The notes under the pieces are model-generated. The model made no database searches, was not told the DNA's origin, and saw only the letters and a list, made by a program, of their open reading frames with translations. A DNA stretch of 8,719 nt from Candidatus Nanopusillus sp. (GTDB lineage Archaea; Nanobdellota; Nanobdellia; Nanobdellales; Nanobdellaceae): contig JAPWTZ010000017.1 of NCBI GenBank assembly GCA_028275775.1, positions 1 to 8,719 on the forward strand, written 5' to 3'. Below, piece by piece: positions 1 through 6,820 of the stretch; positions within the stretch are counted from its first letter, which is position 1, and every line of letters begins with the position of its first letter. Position numbers and translations under genes: made by a program.

Positions 1-726
1 TCTAACATATTTAAAAAGAAAAATGACAACAAAAATGTTCAAAACATTAATTTTATACCTCAACAAAATATTGTAAACCAAAATTATACATCAGAAATAA
101 AAAATATTATTAACTCTATTGAAGGTTTAGCTAAAAGTGTGAGAGAATTGGAGAATAAAGTGTCTGAAATTTCTAGCAATATATCAAATATAAACTCTAT
201 AGTAGAAAGTCATCAAAATGAAATAAATAGCATTAAAAATAACTTAGAAAAAGTTTTTTCTGTATATGAAATGTTAATAAAAAATTACAATCCGTTTGTA
301 GAAGAAGAAAAAAAGGAAGAAATATCGAATGTTCAAGTTATAAATGAAAAAAAGATAGAAAATTCAGAAAATAATATATTACCATTGAACAAGCTTGATG
401 ATAATCCAACTACTTCTTCAATTGTAATTGGTTGGTTGGCATATTTAGTTAAAAAATCAAATATAGAAGAAGTAGATAATGCATTAGATTATTATGAATC
501 TATCAATTGGATAACCGAAAAGGTAAAAATAAAATTAAAGGAATATTTAAATGGATTGAAAAATGTTGAAGGTGAAAATAAAAAACTATTACCAATGGAT
601 CACATAGTAAGTTTATATATAATATCAAAATTGGCTCAAATAAATAGTTCAAATAGTATAGAAAGATTAAAGGATTTGTATAATGAGCTAATTCAGAAAG
701 GTTATATATCACCTATAAAAAGATGA
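1..726 (+). CDS. flaD: Archaellum accessory protein of the FlaC/FlaD/FlaE (ArlC/D/E) family, 5'-truncated by the window edge
   Basis: I translated the frame of the 139..726 ORF by hand back to base 1 and found no stop (SNIFKKKNDNKNVQNINFIPQQNIVNQNYTSEIKNIINSIEGLAKS-VRELENK...). There is no in-frame ATG, so the GTG at 139 is probably internal. The coiled-coil segment ending ...LEKVFSVYEMLIKNYNPF resembles the FlaC_arch signature (YE...NPF). The C-terminal LPLNKLDDNPTTSSIVIGWLAYLVKKSNIEEVDNALDYYESINWITEKV matches the Arch_fla_DE signature (WLxfL...ALdYYexigWIsexV). It lies directly upstream of flaH and flaI. Confidence 0.85.
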   Translation, partial: SNIFKKKNDNKNVQNINFIPQQNIVNQNYTSEIKNIINSIEGLAKSVRELENKVSEISSNISNINSIVESHQNEINSIKNNLEKVFSVYEMLIKNYNPFVEEEKKEEISNVQVINEKKIENSENNILPLNKLDDNPTTSSIVIGWLAYLVKKSNIEEVDNALDYYESINWITEKVKIKLKEYLNGLKNVEGENKKLLPMDHIVSLYIISKLAQINSSNSIERLKDLYNELIQKGYISPIKR

Positions 727-1106
727 TAAGGGAATTAATATATGTGTTTATTTTATTTATAACAGGATATCTAGTATTAAGTACATTTTTTAACTTTTAC
801 TCTTCAGCAGGAAAAATAATTGCAGATGGAATATCAAATATAACAACTCCAACACATGGAACTCAGGTAAGTTATATAATAAACCATTATAACTCTGGTG
901 ACTATTCAATATTATATTTAGTACAAAATATTGATCCTTCAAATTGTATAAATAGTATAAAAGTTGGAAATACAGTAGTTAACTTCACATATAAAGTATT
1001 AAATCAGTATACAATAGAATTGAATATAAGTTATCCAGTGAATACAGGGGATCGTTTAACAGTAACATTCTGTAATGGCCAATCTTCTTTATATTATCTC
1101 AGCTAA
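723..1106 (+). CDS. FlaF/FlaG-like (ArlF/ArlG) archaellum stator-type protein: N-terminal TM helix plus a small beta-rich domain
   Basis: 127 aa. The N-terminus MIRELIYVFILFITGYLVLSTFF is a single hydrophobic helix, and the rest is rich in T/S/N/V/Y. Its position between flaD/E and flaH is where flaF/flaG sit in euryarchaeal fla operons. The start overlaps the upstream stop (ATGA at 723-726). I cannot tell F from G by sequence alone. Confidence 0.6.
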   Translation: MIRELIYVFILFITGYLVLSTFFNFYSSAGKIIADGISNITTPTHGTQVSYIINHYNSGDYSILYLVQNIDPSNCINSIKVGNTVVNFTYKVLNQYTIELNISYPVNTGDRLTVTFCNGQSSLYYLS

Positions 1107-1108
1107 CA

Positions 1109-1813
1109 ATGGCAGAATATATTAATATCTATTTAGATAGGGATGAATTTTCAAATAGAATTGGGGGTGGAATTCCAAAAGGTAGTATATTTATAATTGA
1201 AGGAGAAAATGGAACTGGAAAAAGTATTATATGTCAGAGAATATTATATGGGGCTTTATTAAACAATCATACTGCAACATATATTTCTACAGAATTATCT
1301 GTTGTAGATTTTATTAAACAAATGGAATCTTTAGGTTATGATATAAAAGATTATCTACTAAATCAAAAATTATTATTTATACCAACACTAAATTTATTTA
1401 ACAGAATAAAGGAGAGAGAGAATTTAATATTTGAATTAACAAAAGAAAAATCTAGAAAATTATTAGAAAATGAGTTAATAATATTGGATTCTTTATCATA
1501 TCCATTAATAGATGGATTAAATAAGATGGATTCAGTAAGATTAATTGAATTTTTAAGTAAAATAAAAAATTTAGATAAAACGATTATTTTAACATACAAT
1601 CCTTCAGAAATAAATAAGTTCTTTGTAAGAAATATAAGGAGAATTGCAGATATATACTTTAATTTAAGGTTTTCTTCTATTGGAGAATCATCATTATTAA
1701 AAATAATAGAAATAAAAAGATTTAGATATCCAATGGGGGTATATAATACATTAATACCATTCAGAGTAGAGCCAAATATAGGGCTAATAATTGAAATATC
1801 TTCATATGTATAA
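1109..1813 (+). CDS. flaH: Archaellum protein FlaH (ArlH), a KaiC/RecA-like ATP-binding protein
   Basis: 234 aa. Walker A GENGTGKS follows IPKGSIFIIEG, and a Walker B-like hydrophobic strand ends in D (LIILDSLS). Size and position immediately upstream of flaI are typical of FlaH. Its TAA stop shares one base with the flaI ATG. Confidence 0.9.
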   Translation: MAEYINIYLDRDEFSNRIGGGIPKGSIFIIEGENGTGKSIICQRILYGALLNNHTATYISTELSVVDFIKQMESLGYDIKDYLLNQKLLFIPTLNLFNRIKERENLIFELTKEKSRKLLENELIILDSLSYPLIDGLNKMDSVRLIEFLSKIKNLDKTIILTYNPSEINKFFVRNIRRIADIYFNLRFSSIGESSLLKIIEIKRFRYPMGVYNTLIPFRVEPNIGLIIEISSYV

Positions 1814-3489
1814 TGCCTGAACAAATACAAGAAACAAAACAGGAATATATAATAAAAAGAGAAAACACAAAAGTAATAACTAATGATATAACTACATCAT
1901 TTGATGAAGCATTAAATAAATATGAACATCTTAGAAATTATATTAATGAAATATCATTAAAAATAGGACCTCCTGAATGGATGACTTCTCTAGATTTTTC
2001 TTTAAGATCTAGAACTGAATTTAATATATTATATCCTGTTGGAGATCCAATATTTATTCATATATATAAATTACCATCTGGAGAAGCATTATATAATGTA
2101 ATAGAACCAGAATTAAATGATAATGAAAAGAAAAAATTAGAACAAATACAAACAAAAATTGTTAAATATGCAATAGAAGACATTAACTTTAATAATGTTG
2201 AAGAAGTGAAAAGATACATAATTGATCTTTTTAATAGGGTTATTGATTTTAAGAGAAGAAGATTATTTTCTGATAAAGTATATATAAAAAATCAAGAAGA
2301 ATATGATAAATTATTATATTATTTAATTAGGGAAAGATTTGGTTATGGATATTTAGAACCATTTTTAAGAGATCCTTATTTAGAGGACGTACATATTTTA
2401 GGTTTAGGTCCAATTTATGTTGTACATAAAATATTTGGAATGCTTAAAACAAATAGGGGATTTAAAAATGAGGAAGATTTAAATAAATATATAATTAAAT
2501 ATTCACAAATAGTTGATAGACCTGCATCAGAAACAAGACCAATAGTTGATGCAATATTACCAGACGGTTCAAGAGTTAACTTTATATATGGTAAAGATAT
2601 ATCTTTGCACGGATCTTCATTTACAATAAGAAAATTCTCTACAAAACCATTGAGTATAACACAACTAATTTCATTTGGTACAATTTCCCCAGAAGAAGCT
2701 GCTTATTTATGGTTAGCAATTGAAAATGGAATGAACATAGTAATATCTGGAGAAACAGCATCGGGAAAAACTACACTATTAAACGCATTAGCTACATTTA
2801 TTAAACCTGATGCAAAGGTTTATTCTGTAGAAGATACTCCTGAATTAAATATACCACACAATATATGGCAAAGGTTAATTACAAGAGAAGTTGGAAAAAG
2901 TGCAGATGTATCAATGTATGATCTATTAAAAGCAGCATTAAGATCTAGACCAAATTATATATTAATAGGTGAGATAAGAGGTAAAGAAGGTTATGTAGCA
3001 TTCCAGGCAATGCAAACAGGTCATCCTGTTATGACAACATTCCACTCAGGTAATATAGTTTCATTAATAGAAAGATTGACCGGAGAACCAATAAATATTC
3101 CAATTACATTTATAGATAACTTAAATATTGCTGTATTTACAACATCTGTAACAGTGAAGGGAAGATATGAAAGAAGAGTAACAAATATATATGAAATAGA
3201 AAAATATATTGCAGAATTAAAGAAAGTTGCTGTTAGAAATGTATTTACATGGAATTCTGTACAGGATAAACATATGTTTATTGGAAAATATAATAGTTAT
3301 ATATTGGAAAAGAAAATTGCACCATTAATGAAAATTGATGATAAAAGAAAAATATATCAAATATTAGATTATAGGGCTAAGATATTAAAAAAGATGGTTG
3401 AATATGAGATATTTGATTTCTTTGAAGTATGGGAAATACTGAAGAATTTCTATATAAATGGACCTTCATCATTACCATTTTCAGTATAA
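1813..3489 (+). CDS. flaI: Archaellum assembly/motor ATPase FlaI (ArlI), type II/IV secretion ATPase superfamily
   Basis: 558 aa. Walker A GETASGKTT is at nt 2749-2775 and Walker B/Asp box is PNYILIGEIRG. The His box region is MQTGHPVMTTFHS. The conserved YLEDVH and PDGSRVN motifs are typical of FlaI/VirB11-like hexameric ATPases. Confidence 0.95.
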   Translation: MPEQIQETKQEYIIKRENTKVITNDITTSFDEALNKYEHLRNYINEISLKIGPPEWMTSLDFSLRSRTEFNILYPVGDPIFIHIYKLPSGEALYNVIEPELNDNEKKKLEQIQTKIVKYAIEDINFNNVEEVKRYIIDLFNRVIDFKRRRLFSDKVYIKNQEEYDKLLYYLIRERFGYGYLEPFLRDPYLEDVHILGLGPIYVVHKIFGMLKTNRGFKNEEDLNKYIIKYSQIVDRPASETRPIVDAILPDGSRVNFIYGKDISLHGSSFTIRKFSTKPLSITQLISFGTISPEEAAYLWLAIENGMNIVISGETASGKTTLLNALATFIKPDAKVYSVEDTPELNIPHNIWQRLITREVGKSADVSMYDLLKAALRSRPNYILIGEIRGKEGYVAFQAMQTGHPVMTTFHSGNIVSLIERLTGEPINIPITFIDNLNIAVFTTSVTVKGRYERRVTNIYEIEKYIAELKKVAVRNVFTWNSVQDKHMFIGKYNSYILEKKIAPLMKIDDKRKIYQILDYRAKILKKMVEYEIFDFFEVWEILKNFYINGPSSLPFSV

Positions 3490-3564
3490 TTAATAAATTT
3501 TTCTTGAGATTAATTTAATTATGGATCGGTATTAAAAAGGCAAAAATTTTTGTTATAAATAATT

Positions 3565-4839
3565 ATGATGGATAAGAATATTATAAAATTACTTTTATGG
3601 AAAAAGCCAACAATAGAAGTATTAAATGAAGAAAAGGTAAATAAAATAAATAATTTCAGACATTATATAGGATATGAAATATCAGGATATGTCCATTTAG
3701 GTACTGCAGTTGTATCTGGATATAAATTAATTGATTTTATGAATTTTGCAGAAACAGAAATATTTTTAGCAGATTGGCATTCAGTAATAAATAATAAATT
3801 AGGAGGAGATCCTGAAGTAATTAAAAGAATTGCAAAAGGATATTTTACTGAAGCAATGAAACAAACAATAAAATCTTTAGGTGGAGATCCTGATAAGATA
3901 AAATTTGTTTTAGCATCAGAAATATATAATAATGATTATTGGGCAGAAGTAATTAAAATTGGAAAAAATACTACATTAAATAGATTATTAAGATCTGTTA
4001 CAATTATGGGAAGAAAATATGAAGAATCGATGCCATCTGCAAATTTAATATATCCATTAATGCAGGCTGCAGATATAATATTTCAAAAAATAAATATTGC
4101 ACATGCCGGAATTGATCAGAGAAAGATTCACGTAATTACAATTGAATATGCTGATAAAATAAATTATGATTTAATTGCAGTACATCATCAATTAATAACA
4201 AATCTACAATTACCATATGAAACATTCCAAAAATTAAAATCTGGAAATATAAAAGAAGCTAAGGAAGAATTATCTGAACTAAAAATGTCAAAATCAATAC
4301 CAGGTTCTGCAATATTTGTTCATGACAGTCCTTCAGAAGTTATTGATAAAATAAATAAAGCATTCTGTCCTCAGAGGGAATTGGAATTCAATCCAATATG
4401 GGAAATAGTTGAATATTTAATATTTAGGGATCAAGAAGGTTATGGAATAATAAAATATTTGTATGAAAATAATTTATATAAAATAGAAAATATTGAAAAT
4501 ATAAATTATGACATATATGATGAATTAAAGAATAATAATAAAATAAATTGGAATGAAGTATATAAAATAATTGATAAAGAATCCAATGAATTATATAAAT
4601 ATTCATATAAAGATATTGAATTTGAAATAATTAATGAAAAAACTGGGGAAAGAAAAATATATAATAATTTATGGGATTTAAGAAAAGATTGGGTTGATGG
4701 AAAAATACATCCAATGGATTTAAAGAAAGCTGTTGGAAAATGGTTGGCAAATAAATTGGAACCTGTATATAAATATTTTACTGAAGGACCTGGTAAGAAA
4801 TATAAAGAAGAATTGGATTCTGTTAAGATCACTAGGTAG
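3565..4839 (+). CDS. tyrS: Tyrosyl-tRNA synthetase, archaeal type, with lineage-specific insertions
   Basis: Class I aaRS signatures are present: HLGT (a HIGH variant, nt 3694-3705) and an exact KMSKS (nt 4282-4296). From memory it is collinear with M. jannaschii TyrRS: YIGYEISG vs YIGFEPSG (Tyr32 equivalent kept), LADWH vs LADLH, TTLNRLLRS vs TTLKRARRS, IYPLMQAADI vs IYPIMQVNDI (Asp158 equivalent kept), IDQRKIH vs MEQRKIH, DSPSEVIDKINKAFCP vs DSPEEIRAKIKKAYCP, HPMDLKKAV vs HPMDLKNAV. Confidence 0.9.
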   Translation: MMDKNIIKLLLWKKPTIEVLNEEKVNKINNFRHYIGYEISGYVHLGTAVVSGYKLIDFMNFAETEIFLADWHSVINNKLGGDPEVIKRIAKGYFTEAMKQTIKSLGGDPDKIKFVLASEIYNNDYWAEVIKIGKNTTLNRLLRSVTIMGRKYEESMPSANLIYPLMQAADIIFQKINIAHAGIDQRKIHVITIEYADKINYDLIAVHHQLITNLQLPYETFQKLKSGNIKEAKEELSELKMSKSIPGSAIFVHDSPSEVIDKINKAFCPQRELEFNPIWEIVEYLIFRDQEGYGIIKYLYENNLYKIENIENINYDIYDELKNNNKINWNEVYKIIDKESNELYKYSYKDIEFEIINEKTGERKIYNNLWDLRKDWVDGKIHPMDLKKAVGKWLANKLEPVYKYFTEGPGKKYKEELDSVKITR

Positions 4840-4873
4840 TTTCATTTATAAATTTTTTTATCAATGATAATTT

Positions 4874-5209
4874 ATGAAGATTGACAAAATGATTAACAAT
4901 TTGATCATGTTAATTGTTTTGTATAGATTACATGCAAAAAAATTACTTAATAAAATCCAGGATAACGAGGCAAAAATGTTATTGTTAATGTCATTTAAGG
5001 ATAATGATATATTAAATATTCTGGAAGATATTGTTGATAGAAAGAAAATATTTGATGAATATATAAGGAATAATCAAATAAAGAAAGCTTATCTAGTATA
5101 TAAAGATATTGAATATAAATATAAGCTAGCCGAATCAATATTATATAATAGAATTGAAGATTTAGTTAAAATAAGGGCTTTAGATATTGTAAAATCTAGA
5201 AGAAATTAA
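4874..5209 (+). CDS. Hypothetical small protein, predicted mostly alpha-helical and K/E/I-rich
   Basis: A 111-codon ORF is unlikely by chance in a genome where stop triplets are compositionally favoured. A TATA-like TTTATAAA at 4845-4852 is centred about 26 nt upstream of the ATG. I recognise no motif. Confidence 0.5.
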   Translation: MKIDKMINNLIMLIVLYRLHAKKLLNKIQDNEAKMLLLMSFKDNDILNILEDIVDRKKIFDEYIRNNQIKKAYLVYKDIEYKYKLAESILYNRIEDLVKIRALDIVKSRRN

Positions 5210-5427
5210 TCTTTTCTTTTTACCCTATATAAAGGTATTTTTCCTTTATATGATAAATATATGTAGACATCTATAATAATTAATAACAATATAATCAACG
5301 CTGACATATAATATAAATTTTTATTTGGCGAATTAATCAGTGTATTTATTATTATTGTAATAGTTATCAATGTAATTATTAAAGTAAGATAAACTTCATA
5401 TTTCGTTGCGTATAATTCTTCTTCCAT
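5206..5427 (-). CDS. Hypothetical small membrane protein with two predicted TM segments
   Basis: 73 aa with two hydrophobic stretches (VYLTLIITLITITIIINTLI and MSALIILLLIIIDVYIYL) and a basic C-terminus (RVKRKD). An AT-rich TATA-like stretch lies upstream of the ATG. It is short and compositionally biased, so confidence is only moderate. Confidence 0.4.
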   Translation of the reverse strand: MEEELYATKYEVYLTLIITLITITIIINTLINSPNKNLYYMSALIILLLIIIDVYIYLSYKGKIPLYRVKRKD

Positions 5428-5456
5428 TAATAATTGTTCTATAAAATATTAAAAAA

Positions 5457-5505
5457 TCTGAGCTCAAGACCCTCATCATTTATCAGCCGATGAGTTTTTC
5501 TTCAT
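5457..5505 (-). ncRNA. Candidate archaeal C/D box sRNA (2'-O-methylation guide), 49 nt
   Basis: The minus strand reads 5'-ATGAAGA(C)-aaaactcatcgg(12 nt)-CTGA(D')-taa-ATGATGA(C')-gggtcttgagct(12 nt)-CAGA(D)-tttttt-3'. The canonical 12-nt guide spacing occurs twice and the internal D'/C' pair is perfect. The terminal C and D boxes each deviate at the position that normally forms the U-U pair of the k-turn (U to A in both). An oligo-T follows immediately (5451-5456), and a TATA-like TTTTTAAATA (5528-5537, minus) is centred about 27 nt upstream. This is the only relatively GC-rich patch in the intergenic region. Confidence 0.5.
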
Positions 5506-5563
5506 TATAAAGATATTATAAAAATTTTATTTAAAAAGCCATAATAGAAATGATAAAAATAGA

Positions 5564-6499
5564 TTATGATTGCTTATTTTCCAAATCTATATAATTATAT
5601 TTATTTAGATAATATTTTCTTAATTTATCCCTAAAGAATATATATAATAATGTATGGGTAATTCTTTTTATAATATTACTATCTATTATTGTCAAATATT
5701 GAATATATTCTTTTATGGATATTTTATAATTTGTATTATAAACAGTATTTAATTCCATTTTTAATCCTATCAAATAATTTAATACTCTTTTACATTTTAA
5801 TCTTTCATAAATATATATAAAATCTTTCAAATGTTTTTCAAGACTATCCTTACTAAAGCTAGTACTTGCACTTAGATTATGTCTTCTGTAGTACGTTAAT
5901 TCATCTTTTATCTTTATTATTTTACCTTTAGTTTTAAAATAACACATTAAACTATTATCAACAACAAAATATATATTCCTTAAATATTCCACCAGTTCAT
6001 CCTTATTCTTTGTATGAAATATTATTCCTACTGTTCCACCGACGCTTACTAAATCAAATATCTTTTCCTTAATTCTTTTTATCATACTTTTACTTTCTTT
6101 AATTATATTTCCATTTATATCTATTGGAATTAATCTATGTGCAATCATATATTCTTCATCCTTAATATTTTTTACAATTTCAAATATTCTACTAATTTTA
6201 TTTTCAGTAAACATATCGTCATCATCTAATATAAATATTAAATTACTTGAAGAAACTTTAATTCCTTCAGAATAGTTTCTTCCAACATAATGATCAGGAT
6301 CGTTAGGATCTAAATTTATTATTTTATAATTAGGAAAATTTTCTTTAATATAATTATCTATTTTTTCATCTTGATAATATTTTACAACAATTACTTCAAT
6401 ATCATTTAAATCTATTCCTTTTTGATTTTTAATACTTTTTAATGCATCTAAAATATATTTTTTTCTTTTGTAATCAATAATTATTACTGAAGCTTTCAT
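5564..6499 (-). CDS. Family 2 (GT-A fold) glycosyltransferase
   Basis: 311 aa. The N-terminus ASVIIIDYKRKKYILDALKSIKNQ...IEVIVV matches the typical GT2 beta-alpha-beta start. An acidic DxD-type motif lies in LIFILDDDDMF. Confidence 0.8.
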   Translation of the reverse strand: MKASVIIIDYKRKKYILDALKSIKNQKGIDLNDIEVIVVKYYQDEKIDNYIKENFPNYKIINLDPNDPDHYVGRNYSEGIKVSSSNLIFILDDDDMFTENKISRIFEIVKNIKDEEYMIAHRLIPIDINGNIIKESKSMIKRIKEKIFDLVSVGGTVGIIFHTKNKDELVEYLRNIYFVVDNSLMCYFKTKGKIIKIKDELTYYRRHNLSASTSFSKDSLEKHLKDFIYIYERLKCKRVLNYLIGLKMELNTVYNTNYKISIKEYIQYLTIIDSNIIKRITHTLLYIFFRDKLRKYYLNKYNYIDLENKQS

Positions 6500-6790
6500 A
6501 AGAGAATATAATAAAAAATAAAGATTTTTAAATTATTTTTAGATTTTGAAAGTGTGTTTTAGATTAACTTTGTAAAGGCGGAATATATTTAATGAAAAAA
6601 TTTCAAGAATTTTATATCACGTTTTAATATTTAAACTATTTAATATACTATCAAGAGAACTTAAATATGGGTCAATTTAGATTGTTCTTTAAATTAATAA
6701 GTTGTAAATTTTTTATCTTTGATTTTATAATTATAAATATTTTGCTTTTAAAAAATTTACTTATTAAAATATACACAATTATAGTATAAT

Positions 6791-6807
6791 TTTATAATGT
6801 TTTCTTA
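6791..6807 (+). promoter_or_regulatory. Putative promoter of paralog A: TATA-like TTTTATAA followed by the conserved TTTTCTTA element
   Basis: TTTTATAA (6791-6798) lies 23-30 nt upstream of the ATG at 6821. TTTTCTTA (6800-6807) starts exactly 21 nt upstream of that ATG, the same distance as the identical 8-mer upstream of paralog B. The AT-rich background makes TATA calls weak on their own. Confidence 0.35.
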
Positions 6808-6820
6808 TAATGTTAATAGT

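Noticed and set aside
139-141. GTG at 139 as the true start of the flaD/E-like gene
   Set aside because: The frame stays open to base 1, and the coiled-coil FlaC-type domain would be cut by a start here. The gene more likely begins upstream of the window, though I cannot exclude a GTG start.
1363-1830. 155-aa minus-strand ORF, and similarly 503..712(-), 4424..4606(-) and 4506..4832(-)
   Set aside because: Each lies entirely antisense to a gene with strong motif support (flaH, flaD/E, tyrS). The translations are low-complexity I/L/F/N/S strings typical of the reverse strand of AT-rich coding sequence, with no motifs.
3490-3564. Possible missing or degraded flaJ, or an RNA gene, between flaI and tyrS
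   Set aside because: The gap is only 75 bp of AT-rich sequence. It has no ORF, no GC-rich stem and no box motifs on either strand, so it is most simply the tyrS promoter region.
5472-5499. Hairpin CTCATC-11 nt-GATGAG followed by TTTTT on the plus strand, read as an intrinsic terminator
   Set aside because: - No plus-strand gene ends nearby; the nearest stops at 5209, with a minus-strand gene in between.
- Archaeal termination needs only oligo-T.
- The stem arms are better explained as guide 1 and the C' box of the minus-strand C/D sRNA candidate.
6667-6789. 40-codon hydrophobic ORF in the long intergenic spacer
   Set aside because: It is short and extremely biased in composition (F/I/L/K). 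It runs into the promoter of paralog A, and there is no independent support. I mention it only as something to check with expression data.
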